This document shows positions 35,805 through 50,850 of a DNA stretch of 64,000 nt, piece after piece; positions within the stretch are counted from its first letter, which is position 1, and each line of letters begins with the position of its first letter. This DNA is from Fimicolochytrium jonesii. Lineage: Eukaryota. A model generated the notes under the pieces. It made no database searches. It was given only the letters and a program-made list of their open reading frames with translations, and was not told where the DNA came from. The stretch spans positions 186,001-250,000 of the forward strand of contig NW_026515695.1 in the NCBI RefSeq assembly GCF_025526975.1, written 5' to 3'. Both the position numbers and the translations under genes were made by a program.

Positions 35805-38800
35805 ATGGCCGTCCGTTCAGCGCAACGGGGAGCTCCCAGGCAGACGGCTGACCTGAATTCTATCCCAGCGTACCCTCCCTCCGTGCGGTATAGTCGCCCT
35901 CTCGCAATGAGCAGCTGGCGTAGGTTCTCCGCTGCTGGGCAGCGAAGTATCCAGAAGGCCGACCAACTGGTCAAACTCGTCACCGGCCTGGAGGTGAGGA
36001 GGAAGGAGTGAGAGTACATGTCAAATTCCCACGCAGACTTTGACCTATGAAAGTGCATGCAGCCAGATAACGAATACTTCCAAGTATATGTGAGTTTTGT
36101 CCAGAAGAACCTCGCCGAGCATAACTTCCAGACGACCAATGAGCATGAGGTCGCCCATCGATACAGAGGGTAACTCTCAGCCTCTCCCCCGTCCACGATG
36201 TTTTGTAGTGAAGCTAATATCGCAACGTAGACTACTGGAAAAGTTCTCTATGCATGGACAGTTGCGAGCGATGGAAACCCTCTCCCGGCACATCGATTCT
36301 CTGTTTCGACAGCAGCCCAAAGAGCTGCTCTTGGTATGATCCTGTCCGCTGTGGGGGGCTTGGGTTCGCAAAGTCTGATAGGGAGGATCTATTGATTTAA
36401 ATAGATCAACGATGTTCTAAGGCTCCTACTGGAACTGTCCGACACCCCAACGCACCACGAGTACACTCCCACCTTGTCTAGCATCGAGAAGGAGACATCC
36501 ATTAGCTGGGAAGATATCATTGCAGAGGAGCCTCTGGTTGGATCGCATTGGAAAGCGGAGGAGGAAGTGGAGATTGACACGGACTCGGAGAGTGCGGATG
36601 CTGACACGACGAAAGTGGTGGAAAGTTGGAATAGCGAGCTTTTGGTAAAGGGAGGGGCATTTGGCTGTCAGTGCTGGCGATACATTGGCTAATTCAGGGC
36701 CGTTCGGCAGGACGAAGAGGGACATTGGGCACATGATTGGAGGAACTTCCAAGCGGAAGAACGCAGGGTCGCCTTTCGGCAGAGAGAGTATCGGCTTCTG
36801 AACGATTTGCAATACTGGAACCAGCCACCAAAGGCGTCTATATGTATGGTCCCCACTTGATGTCTCAAGTGCGTTGATTGCCTGCCACAGACATCAAGTT
36901 GATTGACATGCGCTCGACAGATAAGCAGTACGACCCCGATGACCCCTGTTCTCTAGGTATGCATCTTCCTATGGGCATTCCAATCATCGCTCCCTCGTAT
37001 CTCATCCCACAACCCGCAGTCCCAGCTCTCGAGACCCATCGAATAGATGAAACCGAGTCGATCTTCCAGCCATGGAAAGTTGCAGAGGAACGCGACCTTG
37101 TGCGTGAATGTCTGTTCATGATGGGGGGTGCATCGACTCCTGTGTTCACGGTGCTTGAAGATGGGACGGTGCAGGTGAGGAGCCCTGTTCTCGTCGTGAT
37201 CCAACCGATGTCGGACTGACCATACAGCCAGGTGGATAATGAGCTCCGCTTATTACATGCCACCGAACGGTCATTGAGAGACATTTTGGAATGGTTTGCG
37301 GAGTGTGGTAGCGCCGTTAACCGAGTCCGGAACTACATAGCCAGGTAGTTCCCCATATCCATCCTTGCGAGATCTTTACCATATGGCTAAAGCAATCCAA
37401 AGAGTATCATCAGGCGTTGGAGCACGGAATCTGACCGAGGAAGCGTTCGCCAACGCGTTGTCAAGCCTCCTGCTGGAACTCGATCAGGACATTGCGGAGC
37501 TGGAAATGATGTTTCAGCCGTATATGCGGGCCATGCAAAGTATGCGCCGTGGAAGCATCATCTTTTCTCATATAAACACTGACGACCGACCGCGCACAGA
37601 GGCTGGCGAGCAAGAGGTTTGCACACTGATGGAACTTCAGACCCGGTTGAGTCTCAAAACCGACATCTTCAGGGACTTCAGTTCAATCATCGGTGGAGTC
37701 CGTGCCGAAGATGGTAAGGCTACCGTTGGCGTCAGAAACTTGACCCTCCTACTCACCCACTCCCACAGTAGCCTCCTCAGCAGACCTAACAAACACCCTC
37801 CTATCGACCCTGCACACCCGAGCAGCGTACTACGAATTCGCATGCCAGCCGCATAAGCTGGCGGTGATCATGCAAGTCCTGGCGCGGACGGTGGAGCCGT
37901 ACTTGCGGATGATTCATTCTTGGATACAGCAGGGGGTGTTGGATGATCCTTTTGATGAGTTTTTGTTGGTTAGGTACGGTGGATTCATGGAAAGAGTGGA
38001 ACGTATTCGGATTCCGGAAAAACAGAACATTTGCTCAGGACCCTGGATTACTACAGACAATCACCCGACGATATCCAAACGGATGACTGGTACCACACCT
38101 ACTCCATCAGAACACATCCATCCGCCGACACAAATAAAGCCGGCCCAGCAGTCCCGACCTTTTTGGTGACGAGCTGCCGCGATGTGTTGACGTGTGGCAA
38201 GAGCTTGGCGATGATTGAGCGGTTGGATGCTAAACAGGTTCGTCGCTCAGGCTGTCAATGGGGATTCGTGACGTAAGGGGTTTGAAGTACTGATAGACCT
38301 CTTTATGGGATGTTCGTGTAGGCTCTGCGATGTAAATCAGCGTACGGGCGGCCGTTGCAGGATGAGATTGCTGAGTTACTGGACCCTGGGCGAGCTGTGG
38401 CGCCGGAGATTGGGAGTGGGGACCGTGGTCGGGATGTTGGGGAGGTGCCGAGAGCCATGTCGGCGCTTTTGGGTCTGGATACGCCGGATCATGTGCAGCC
38501 TGATGAGAACCGTGACATTTCCGAAGGTGAGTACCAGGGCCGATGCATTACCCTGGCATCCACCATGAAAAAGCCTCACCTACCATCCTCCCAGCACCCC
38601 CAACCCCACCGGCCACCCTCCACCCCACAACCCATACCCTCCCCACCGCCCTTGCCCAGCGCATCACCGCCCAGAAACTCGCAGTCGGCAACCACCTCAC
38701 CCGCCTGCTCCTGGACAAGTGCGGCCTGAGAGAGCATCTGAGGGCTCTGCAGGCTGTGTGTCTGATGACGGCTGGGCCGGTTATGCATGCGTTTTCGGGG

Positions 38801-39967
38801 AGGGTTTTCCGGAATGTAAGAGGGCTGTAGTTCATCGGGGTGGAAAGTGCGTGGCGCCACTGTTGTATTTACCCGACGAAATTTCCTCCCCGGTATGATA
38901 GATGCAAGCGAAGAAGCTCCCTGCGAAACCGGAGCTGCTGAACTCGATATTCGCGGAATCGCTTGCTGATTATGCCGCAGATTACCCGTTTGTCGATAGG
39001 CGGTTGGTGCATTTTGCGCTTGCCGGGGCGACGACGACGCGCTATGGTGGGGATGTGGCGGAGGTTTTGAATCGCGTTACGATTAGCTATGATGTACGTC
39101 CCCCGAATAATATGTCGGAGCCGGAGAATGCGTAGGCTCACCCGAGTTATGGTCACCAGGTCCCACACCCCCTCCGCCCCATCATCCCCCCTTCAACCCT
39201 CTCAACCTACACCACCATCACGCGAGCTCTCCTACAAATCAAACACGCCATGACACAATTGGAAGAGAACGGACGCGATTGGAGTCGTGGACGCGGTGGA
39301 CGTGGAGCGGCGAAGAGGGATGTGGAGTTGGAACGCATCCGCTTAGGGCTCAAGTTGAGACTTCGCCATTTTGTGGGGAGTTTGTGGGCGTTTTTTATGG
39401 GGGGGGTGAGTTTCGATGGTTCATATCGCGTTACTTTCAACATCGGGGAAATGATGGTTTTTTGGTTAACGGATTTTTGGCCGTAGATTATCCATGCGGA
39501 ATGCGCGAAACTGGATTCCCAGCTCGGTACCGCGCAGGGCATGGATGAGCTTATCACATTGCATGAGAAGTTTGTGACGGGTGGGAGGGATAAATGCCTT
39601 TTAGGTTCCAAGGTGCGTGTTGCAGGATTCGCGGCTCTTTCGTTATAATAACGGCGATTTTAACTGGATGTGTGTTTTACTTTTGCAATGATAGACGGCA
39701 GTCCTTTGGAACCTCATCTCGTCCCTCCTGCAGCTGTGCACGGAGTTTGCGGGACTGTGTCGGGCTATGGACGAGCGTGCGCTCCCGAGCGACGATAACG
39801 ATCACTACGAGCCGAGTATGCAGGATGTTACGGTGGATTTTGAACACGATCTGCGACGCATCTGGGACAAATCAGAACGGGAGATTGCGAGTCTGGGGAA
39901 GACGTTGGAAGCCGTGGCGAGTCATGGGGTGGAGCATTTGAGGTCGTTGGCTGCTGCTTTGGCGTAG
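35805..39967 (+). CDS. GCP5: Gamma-tubulin complex component 5 (Spc97/Spc98 family), multi-exon
   Basis: N-terminal HNFQTTNEHEV...LLEKFSMH; ERDLVRECLFMMGG; PYLRMIHSWIQQGVLDDPFDEF; CGKSL; LREHLRALQAVCLMTAG. Confidence 0.82.
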
Positions 39968-40430
39968 GAGACATAGACTTAGCAGACCGAATTTTGGATA
40001 TAATGCGATATGCGTATTTGGGAGGAGGGTATATAGAATCCAAACAAAACAAAACAAAATTGGGGGACCGTGTCCCTGGGAATGAACTCCCTGGGAATGA
40101 TCTCTCGACTACGCTGTTCTTTGTATATCTAGCTGTTGCGTGCGACACTAGATTATTGAGTGTTTTTGAGCGCATTTGAGGTGCTACGCTACAGTTGATT
40201 TTTCAGGTGTTTATCGTGCTCGGTATACGAAATCTCCGGTGACGTTCTTGGTTTTGTTTGATTTTCGGCCAGCGGGCGATTTCAGCGTGGCGCGTTATGT
40301 ATCGGTGTGTATTTCTCGCTGGACTGTTCGCTGCAACTCTGCAATCGAGGCGGGGCACGAAGCCTCATACACCTCTATCCAACATCGTTCCCCACTTCCC
40401 ATACGCATTCCCCTGATCTCACTTCCCATC

Positions 40431-41109
40431 TCAAACCCGTTGATCCATCTTCACTCTGAGTTTCAGCCCCACCACTCGCGCCAACGCGGCAATCAAACCC
40501 GCAGTGGTGATTACCGCCCACTCCCAAATCCCTTCCACCATCGTCAGCGTCTTAAACACCGGCCTGGGTAATTCGGAGAACTGGACGACCCGCGACACTG
40601 GCGCCGCCGTAGCGGGGGTTCGCGGCCGGCCGTTATTCGCGGCGGGCAACCGGGCTGCTGGCGAGCCGCGCTTTGGCGAGAGGGTAGCGCGTTTGCCCGA
40701 AGCGGACGAACGCGGCGGTGATGTGTAGGGTGATATTGTTGGTGATTTTGACGAGGACGTGAAGGCCGCTGGGAGCAGGTGCTTTGCTGTTGAGATGGTC
40801 GTAATGGTTCGATCGCGGAGGTAATTCTATGGGAGGGGGAGGTGTGACGGTTGGCACGTCAGTCGCGCATTCTGACACCCCACACAATTCCGTCCCTCTT
40901 CATCCCGCATCAAAAATTTCCGACACCGACACACAGCCCGAACTCACCAACGAGTGTAAGATGGCAACCAGCGCCGGTCCAAAAATAACAAACATGTGTA
41001 GGAGGGCCACCTGGGGCACCGCGATGACCGCCTCTTCTACCGAAGGGCGACGTGTCCATCGGCGAGAAGAGGACGGGGGGTGGCTATACTTTTCTATTCT
41101 GGCGGTCAT
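40431..41109 (-). CDS. Hypothetical small membrane protein (>=2 exons, start uncertain)
   Basis: Hydrophobic ORF pieces can be joined by a GTGAGT...ATAG intron; no recognised family. Confidence 0.4.
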
Positions 41110-41616
41110 GGTGAAATGCTCGAAGTGTATTGCGGTTCCAAGCTGTAGACGGGTGGCTGAATTGCGTAGGATTTCTTAAGTCGATGGAGATGCAACTCTT
41201 GGAGTTTCTGAGTGAGGTTCTTGGGGGAATCGTGGCTTTTACTGTAAGATGCGCCTCCCCATGTGTTTGTGGCATGGCGGCGCAACTGCGGACGGGAATG
41301 CGACAGCGTGTCTCGGTCCATCGCGTAAGCATGAACTAACAGCAACGTTCTTGCTGCCCCATGACCAATCTCCACTCGATGCAGGAGCAGAGACCACCCA
41401 ACTTGGCCCGCCCAGTGGTAACTCCATCTCCACTCGTGTGGCATCAATATGGTCTAGCGCGCTCCACCCGCGCATCCTGTCATTTTTTACAGCCCGCTTG
41501 GCACTCCGCCTAGATCATAGCGTCAAAAAAACAACCTCCCTCCACATTTCTATGCGATAGCATCCTTCTTGTGACAGTTTTCCCCCCAAGCGTCAAACCA
41601 GCAACCCCACGCCTTG

Positions 41617-44600
41617 ATGCTCGCGAATATGGCTGAACCGAGGTCTCCAACCAGCCCCACCAGCCCGACATTCTTCACCACGCCTGATTTGCCCGCCATC
41701 CCGCTCGACGTTGGAGATGTCGCGGGAGTCCATGGCCGCCTTAAATTTAAACATGACACTACGAGTCCAAAGAAGATCGATGCGACTTGGATCGATAAGG
41801 AGCGGACCCAGTTGCAGGCTTATGAGTACTTGTGTCATATTGGAGAGGCTAAAGAGTATGTCTGCTGGCGATGCTTGACCTGAGGATGCCTATGATCGTT
41901 TATTGATGTCTATGCGCAAATTGTAGATGGGTGGAAGCCTGTATAAAAGACCAGATTGCCCCTATCGACGAGATAGAAGAGGAATTGAGAAATGGAATCG
42001 TTTTGGCGCGGCTGGCGCAGACATTCCAGCCTGATGTGGTGAAGAAGATCTTTGAGGTATATCAAGGTTGCGACGTTGAAGAGAAGTCGTCATATGTTCA
42101 TACTAGTACCATTTGCAGGACCGATCGCGGCTCCAATTTAGGCATTCAGACAACATCAACTACTTCTTCACCGCCATGCGCCGTGTGAAACTACCGGAGG
42201 TACAAAACATCAAGTAAAGACGGTGTATATGCGGCAAGTGGGTACTTACACCACACCATAGGTGTTCTTTTTCGAGTTGACGGATCTGTACGACAAGAAA
42301 AACATCCCCAAAGTCATCTATTGCATACATGCGCTGAGGTAGGGCGACATTTTTATTATGCTGAGATGTCTACGGTCTCTCACCCATCTGTTCTCGCAGT
42401 CACCTCCTCTCTAAGAACGGGCTCGCGCCGTCGATGAAGAATCTCGTCGGACAGCTTAGCTTCACCGGTTCGTGTCCTCTATGAAGCGCTCTAGATTTGT
42501 TGATTCCCAGCGTTCTTACATGCCTCTTGGTGATTTCAGAGGAGCAGCTGGATGCGACTCAGCAATCGCTGGAACAAGCCGGTGTTTCGATGCCAGCGTT
42601 CAAATCTGTCGGCGACGCCTTGAAGAAAGAATTAGAAGACGCCCCACCACCGTCTCCTGAGATTCTAGAGCAGAGAGGTACAGCGGGCGGTCGCATAGAC
42701 TCCCGTATCATCGATCACAGCTCGCTCACATACCACATCCGCCTCCAGAACGCGAGCGCTTCCTCAAAGACAACGAATCCCTTATCATAAAAGCCCAATC
42801 CCACGCACGCCGGCACCTCGCCCAACGCGCCTATCACACCCGCCTCTCCCACCACCGCGCCGCCCAACAACAACGCGCGGACCGCGCGCGCGCCGAAGAG
42901 CACGCCAAGATCGTGCGCGCGCAGGCCGCCGTGCGGATGCGCCTCGCCCGACGCAAATATTTGGAGAAGAAGCAGCTGTTTAAGGAGAATGAAAACTCGA
43001 TTTCGAAGATTCAGGCGGCGTGGAAGAGCAGGAAGCAGCGGTTGGCGTATAAGCAGAAGCTGAGTGAGATTCATAGTAAGGACCAAGCTTGGGTTAAGGT
43101 ATGTTCGAAAGTCAAGAACTTTTGTCGGTAGACGAGGAGTTTGACGCAAACGTTCGATCCTAGCTTCAAGCGCGGTATCGTGGACGTAAGCAGCGGGAAC
43201 AATATCTGGAGCGCAGGAACTTTTTGCGAGCTCAGGGCGAACATGTCACGAAGATCCAGTCAATGTGGAGAGCGAAGCGCTTTGCGAAAGCGTATCAGGC
43301 ATTATGTGAGTGGGCTCTATCTCGCTGCAACGCTTTGAGAATGGCGGTGGTTCATGCGAGTTGAGTGGAGGTGCTGAACTTCTGATTCAATGCACAGCAC
43401 AACTCGAGAATCCTCAGATCAAAGTGCTTCAGAACTTTATAGAGCTTCTTGATGATAATGATTATGATATCGAGGAGGAGATTGGTATGTGCAAGCCTGG
43501 CCCTTCGCGGTATTCTGCCCTGGGTCGATATCTAAATTGCTCGACACACTAATCATAATTTATAGAACTCGATCGACTCCGCCAACTCGTGGTCAAACAA
43601 ATCCGAGAAAACATCACAGCGGAAACCGAGCTCGGCGACCTCGACGTCAAAATCTCACTCCTCGTCAAAAACCGCATCACCCTCGACGAAGTAGTCGGCT
43701 CGACCTCCAAAAAGATGAAAGCCGCCTATGGCGGTCCCAAATCCTCTCAGGACAACATCGCCAGCATCAACCTCAGTGGCCGCGACAAGGAAAGCAGACG
43801 AAAACGCAAGCATTACGAGGAACTGTTCTACCTCCTGCAGACGCAACCTCAACATCTCGCCAAATTGGTCTTCACGGTCAACAAGATGAGCGGCGCGAAT
43901 TCGATCAAGTTCTTGACTAAAGTCGTGCTTTCTCTCTATGGGTATGCCCAGGACAGACGGCAGGAGTCCCTGCTGCTGTCGTTGTTCAAGGAAGCCATCA
44001 ATCTTGAGGTCGGGGATATCACCACCCTTGACGAGTTCTGGCGCGCGGACCCGTTCTTCCTCCGTCTTGTTATCGATTACACACGAAGGGGGAGTAATGC
44101 GGACTATCTGCGGAATCTCGTGGAGCCGTTCATCAAATCTATGTTGGCGGACAAGAACTTGAATTTGGAAGTTGACCCCGTTGCGATTTACCGCGCGCTT
44201 ATCACGGCAGAGGAATCGGCGACGGGTCAGAAAAGCCAGCGCCCGTATGAGATTACGCAGAAGGAGGCGTTGGAGGACGCGGAGGTGGCTAAGATCCAGA
44301 GCGAGCGGCTGACGAAGCTCAAGGAGCTGGCGAACGATATGTTGGCGGGTTTAGTCAAATCCGCCAAAAAGATGCCGTTCGGGCTGCGGTTCATCGCACG
44401 ACAGTTGAAAGAGACGTTGCAGAAGCGGTTCCCGGGCAATGACGATGAGATTGTTCGTCTGGTCGGCGGGAACTTCATCTACTACCGGTACATCAACCCG
44501 GCGATCATCCAGCCCGAGCAATTCGAAGTCATCGACATGAACGTGGCGAGCAGCCTGTCGCCCACTGAGCGCAAGAATTTCGCCACGCTGGGTAAGGCCC

Positions 44601-46336
44601 TGCACCAAATGGCCGTCGGCAAAGCAGCCGGCGCGGAAGGCGAGAACCAGATTGGGGCGCACTTGATCACACCGGACGCCACGCAGACCTTCATGAGTTT
44701 CTTCAAGGAAGCCACAACGGTCGATCCAGAGACCGAGGACGACTACCTCGACGCCATCGACGAGTATGCCGGGATGGCCCTCAAGCAGCGGCCGGTGGTC
44801 AAGCTCTCCCTCACCGAGATCTTCCAACTGCACCGGATCCTTCAAGACAATATCCAGGACATCGCGCCGGAGAAGACCGACAACCTCCGTATCCTCATGG
44901 ACGACCTGCAACCCGTCCCAGCCGCAACCGACACCTCCGCACAGGAAATCGAGCTCCGACTCCGTAACCGGTTCCCAACCCTCGAAGACGAGCGCGCCAC
45001 CCGCGTCAAATTCCTCTGGAACGAGACCAAAAGATGTATCATCGCCGTCATCAAAGTTCAAACAGGGAACAACCTCCTGGACATCCTCGAAGCGCCCGTC
45101 ACGGAACGCGAGGAGGCGCGATTCCAGGAGATTGTGGAGGCCGAGACGCAGAAGTTTGAGGCCCGCCGGGCGAGTATAGCTGCGCGGGAGGCCGATTCGC
45201 CGGCGAATGGGGGAAGGTCGAACTATGCGAGTGCGGTGGATCTGAGCAAGTCGTATAGTGTGGGTGGGAGCTTGAATAATCTGGCGGCGTCATCGCCAGG
45301 AAGTGTGGCGAATTTGTCGAGCCCGAAGAGCAGGGATATTTTGTACTCGAGCCAGTATAGCTTGTTGAAGGGCGAAGAGGGGTCAACGTGAGTTTAACGA
45401 AGGAGGATTGCCTCACGTCTCGGACAAACGCTGATAACAACTCCTCTCCAGACCCAGCTTCTTCAATCTCAAACGCCGAGCGCTTGAAAACATGGCCAAA
45501 CTTGAGGCCGAAGGCGCCATCAGTAAGGGAAACCGATATCAGGACATGCTGAACTCGCTAGCAAAGGTATGCATGGCCTGCCCAGCGGACATCTCTGCAA
45601 AATCTAAACCTAAGGGGCTTTCCTCTCATCTAGGACATGCTCACGAAATCCCGCAGACGGTCGAGGAGGAGAAAAGAGCTGGCATCTCTTCAGTCCACTC
45701 TCGAAAAGCTGGAACAAAAAGCGGCATTTTTGGAAGAACAGAAAACGTCGTACCACAACTACATCGAGGCGTGCATGGCCCAGCTCGGGAATAAGAAACA
45801 GTGTGTGACAATTCCTTACTTATTCAAACCTCGTACGCATGGCACATTGAATATTGACATCCCCCCCCCCCCCCCCCACCTCAACAGCAAAGGAAAACGC
45901 GTCCTCCCCTTCACCCGCCAATACGCCCACCAAAAAGAGCTCCAAAAAGCCGGCAAAGTGCCCAAATTCGGGTCCTACAAGTATACCGCCGCGGACCTAT
46001 ACCGCAAAGGCGTGCTGGTCTCCATCGACGACCACTCGCCGAAAACGTACAACCAGATCACGCTCACCATCTCGTCCGACGAGGCGGGGGCGTTTAAGAT
46101 CGATGCGACGTTCTTTGGGGTGCCGGTTGCCGAGTCGATTGATTTGAGACTGGAGGATTTACTGGCGAGCCAGTATAATAATGAGTCGTTTATGACGTTG
46201 ATGGAGGGGGCGAAGGTTAATGTGAACTTGCTGATCTTCTTGTTGAATAAGAAGTAAGTACCGGAGAGTTAGCGCGGCGTCGGCCACAATGGATGTCATC
46301 TCACATATTGGTCCTCCTTCCAGATTTTACGTGTAA
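41617..46336 (+). CDS. IQG1: IQGAP (CH, IQ repeats, RasGAP-related and RasGAP_C domains), multi-exon
   Basis: LQAYEYLCHIGEAKEW, LRNGIVLARLA, DLYDKKNIPKVIYCIHAL, IQAAWKSRKQR, YYRYINPAI, NVNLLIFLLNKKFY. Confidence 0.95.
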
Positions 46337-46539
46337 AAACAACGACTGTAACACGCCCTGCGACCTCTATCGCACTGCCTCCAATAAGTAGGCGACATCA
46401 GAGACGTTGACCATTAGGATGCGATTGTAAAACTTTGTGACATGCTTTGTACAATTGGATTTCTGTACAAGTGTTAATGGGGGCCAGGCTATGTGTGTGA
46501 ATGTGTATGCGCATGTCTGTTTGTGCTCCTTTGTTGTTG

Positions 46540-47490
46540 CTAGACTTTGACCTCATCGAATGTAAATCTCCCTTCTAATACATCTGCTCGATCGGCCTCG
46601 TCTATCCGTTGTAGTTGCCGTCTCACGTATCTTGTCAGTTCCTCTAGTTGCTGTGCTGAAACGTTCTCCGACGAACACAGATTCCTAAATGTGGACTTGA
46701 TGAGCGACCCTTTCCCTTCGAATCCAAATGCGGACTCCATTCTCTCACCTCCATAACGCGCCAGCCAAAATATCATCCCCATAATAGAGCCCCTCATCAT
46801 AAGCCAATGTCTGTCCATAATATGCGCTGACCAGATTCGACATGATCTTTGAAAAGTTCGACTTGACGCCTGCCTTATGTATCTTGATCTCGACGTCCAG
46901 CCATATGTGGTCGAACATCTCCTGCTTCATCTCTTTCCCCTCGACGCCCTCGGCCCTCAATCGTGCGTTGTATATCCACACGTGCAGGACCGTCATTGCG
47001 AACCATGTTTGGAAGTTGTTTGGTATATTGAGTGCTGTAGGCCAAATGAAATGATGAGTACACCATATACGAGACTGGAAACCCCAACCCAAGTACGTCC
47101 GCACCATTCACTAAATCCTCCCTCCGCTCGAACTGAATCGCACAGTTTTCATACGCATGCCGTGCCGAGTCGATACGGTTCATTTTCCATTTGATGTAGC
47201 CGATCGGGTGCAAGATTTTCGCCAGCGGGTTTTGATATGGGAAAGACTGGAATAGGCGAAGTAGTTTAGTAATCAGCTACCCCGTTCGCCTGATTGCGTC
47301 GACTGGCTTCTTCACAACCGTTTACCTCTCGCTCGTTTTGCACACCTCCACTCCCAAACGATCTCTGCTGCTGGCAGACCGCTCCTCGCGCCGTTCGACA
47401 GGTGGCCACGCTGCTGACGGTAACCGCCGCTGGAGCCCTTATGGCCCTCGCAGCCTTTGACACCACGGATAGAGCTCTCGACGAAGACAT
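46540..47490 (-). CDS. CBP3: Cytochrome bc1 assembly chaperone Cbp3/UQCC1
   Basis: FQTWFAMTVLHVW, LAYDEGL..GDDILAGALWRN; mitochondrial presequence-like N-terminus. Confidence 0.92.
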
Positions 47491-49093
47491 TTGTCGATGT
47501 TTGATGCCGAAAGGAGTGCGAAATGCTGTTCGTGGAGAATGAACAGCGAGGCGGCAGTTCCGGGGGTAAGCTTTTCCCCACGCGATTTTCCGCCCCAGGA
47601 AGCGGCAGAATTGGCCTCTCTGTGTACAGGAATAGTCTAAAGGCCGGGCTCGCTTCTCCCGTTATGGTCGGTCTCCACACAATGATAGTCCGCAATGCAG
47701 GGTAAAAAATGGAGGGCAGCCTGCGAGCTCGAAAACGACAAAGCGGAAACACACGGCCGAGAGATCGCCTTGCACATCACGTGGGAAGATTAATTGTCCT
47801 TTGACGGGCCGAATTCGCCGCGCCGTCGCATTTGGTGCTACGCTTTTTGGAAAGAGTTCCTGACTTCCCTCTCAGCCCGCCCCAGTCTCCTCAAGAGGTA
47901 GTCCCATGGGAACCAGGAAGATACGTGAGCTCCGATATTGGAGCTATCGTCGGGATCGCAGCTTGTGGGTGCATGTGAAGGGCTACATAGCGTAAGCCGG
48001 TGACAGTGCAATCGTTGTAATCTTGTTTCGGGGACCCTGTGACAACGACTACTGCCCAAAGAAGAATTTACGGGCTGTCCCATCTCCTGTTAATCTCGTC
48101 ATAGACATTGCGTTCTTTATCAACGGGGGTCAAGCAGCATGTGAGCTGTTTCATCTCATCAGCCGAGGGCGTCATTGATATTTGTGTTTCTGCTCCATCC
48201 ACTACCCGGTGTACAGTACGTTCAGATAGGCTGGTGTGGCGAAAGGTTCGCTCTCAAAGGCCATAGGCCACGGTGCCACGGAACCGCGCGTTGACGAACC
48301 AGGCCGGAGAGGGAGGACAGTTGACATCTAGCGCCGAAGAAAACCGATCACGTTCTCCAGGACCTTCCCCTCAGAAACAACGGGACGGACGACGGTGAGG
48401 ACAAGTATGAAGCTGCCCCCGCTACTTCGAATTTTGGCCCACAGTTCCTGTCACTCGATATTTCATTTTGTCGCGACTTGAAAGCCCACGCGATAACGCA
48501 AAAACGATGACGGGGAGGCTGGGACAACAATCGGGCGGCCGGAGAAGGTCAAGTCCCCAGTCTATCAACCTGTCGCCCAGCGCTGAGAAACTCTGCACCC
48601 TTCACTTGATGCATGATTCCTCTTTGGAAATCACGCACTATTGGCCCAGAAGACCAAAGCAGCCAAGGTGCCCGTCGGTGTTAGGCGGGGTGCTTAGGAA
48701 CAACAATTCTGTCTAGTAGCTAGTACTATGTAACAAAGGGGAGTGTGGAAGCGGGCTGTCATCGTTTAACCTTGGAAGCGGAATGGTTTGTTTCGCTTTC
48801 ACGCGCTCCCACCATCGCCTGACTCGCCTGACTCCCCTCCCTGTCGAAAACCTGTCGTTCGAGACCTCACGAGAACACCTTGATTTCGAAGCATACACGT
48901 GGCAGGCATGTCTTCGTCCACCGAGCTCGAGCAGTATAAAGTCGAGGTCCAGTCGGTTGGCTTCCCTGCCTTTTTTTTTCACTCGACTTTTGTCAGCTGA
49001 TACCACCAGATGCTTAACTCTCGATATATACATCCTCTTCTTGTCACTTTTACCAAACCGCATCAAAACATCGCTTACCGCGGATTTCGCAAA

Positions 49094-50393
49094 ATGTCGA
49101 CGGCTTCGGACAGAATCGACAGCATCGCTAACCATCTTACTATTACTGGAGCTGGTGAGTATTGGTACTCGGATCTACGTGTCCACATAACTAGGTTCTT
49201 CGAAGTTCCTCACAATCTCATCCCCCATAGCCAAAGCTCCCAGAAGCCCCGACGATGTAGTCATTGTCGCCGCCTACCGCACCCCCCTCTGCAAAGCCGG
49301 AAAAGGCGCCTTCAAAGAAACCCACCCCGAGTACCTCCTCTCAGTCGCCCTAAAATCCATCCGCGAAAAGACCGGCATCGACCCCGCCCTCGTCCAAGAC
49401 ATCCAAGTCGGCAACGTCTGCATGCCGGGTGCAGGCGTCACCACATCCCGCATGGCTGCTCTCTACGCCGGTTACCCCGAGTCTGTAGCGTTGGCTGCTG
49501 TCAATAGACAATGCTCGTCGGGTCTCGCTACTTGCGCCAACATTGCGTCCGCTATCAAGGCTGGATACATTGATGTGGGGATTGGGTCTGGCGTCGAGTC
49601 GATGAGCATGTACTACAGCCCGACTCCGCAGATGGATATCGATCAAGAGATCCTCGCGTATGGCCCGTCCGCGGAAGTGCTCACGCCTATGGGCATCACC
49701 TCCGAAAACGTCGCGAGAGAGTTTGGCATCAGCCGTGACGAACAGGACAAATTTGCGTTGCGGTCCCACACGTTAGCCGCCAAAGCACAGAAAGAGGGTT
49801 TGTTCGATGAGGAGATCATCCCCGTGACTCTCCGCAACGGCACCGTGGTCAGCAGAGACGATGGTATCCGCCCAACCACGGCGGAAGGCCTAGCAAAACT
49901 CAAGCCGGCGTTCAGCAAAGACGGATCCACCACCGCCGGCAACGCATCACAAGTCACGGACGGTGCCGCCGCTGTCCTCCTAATGCGCCGCAGCATCGCC
50001 GAGATGCTCGGACTGCCTGTCCTGGCCCGATGGCTGGGCTACACCGCCGTTGGCGTTCCCGCCCGAATCATGGGCATCGGACCAGAAAAGGCCATCCCGC
50101 AAGTGCTCCGCCAAGTCGGGCTAAAAACGGACGACATTGACATCTATGAGATCAACGAGGCGTTTGCTTCGCAATGTGTATATGTGCAGCAGAAGCTCGG
50201 CATTCCCATTGATAAGATCAACCCCAAAGGTGGGAGTATTTCGTACGGGCATCCGATGGGTGCTACTGGGTCCCGTCAGATTGCTACACTTCTTCCTGAA
50301 CTGCGTCGGCAGAAGAAGCGATTTGGGATCGTCTCCATGTGCGTTGGCATTGGGCAGGGGGTTGCGGCGGTGATTGAGAATGAGGTCTTGTAG
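49094..50393 (+). CDS. POT1: Peroxisomal 3-ketoacyl-CoA thiolase
   Basis: PTS2 RIDSIANHL; VNRQCSSGL, NEAFA, GHPMGATG, SMCVGIGQG. Confidence 0.95.
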
Positions 50394-50850
50394 AAGGGCA
50401 TGCGAAAGCGAACTGGCACCTTTACTCTCCTTCCTTATGGCGTGCTCAACTTTTGCCTGTTCGTCAATGCAGATGATCCTTCAATATGCAGTGCAGTAAC
50501 AGATACACTTTACAAAGACTTTCAATGATAATCCGTTCTATTGAAAGGTATATGTCTCCCCTCCCACTTGCATTTGCTTTGATAAGCTGTTGAGTCTAGC
50601 TTTGACGGCCGGTGTCGAATTCGCAAGTCACGTGGGGCCAACATTAAGGTCGCACGGATTGCGGGCATTTAGCATGGCTGTGCCACCCATGTCGGACTGC
50701 GCCACTCGCGATTCTCTCAGGCCTCGCGGCTATAAAAGGCGACCACAATTCCAAGGTTTCGATTTTTCTCCATCCGCCCACGGAGTTTCGACTGAACAAA
50801 TAAGGGATTCGCCTTTTACTAACCCCTTCTGAGCCGGAGCTTCACCCAAA

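Noticed and set aside
45861..45877. Poly-proline stretch in IQGAP
   Set aside because: It is a C17 run within an intron that the ORF caller reads through
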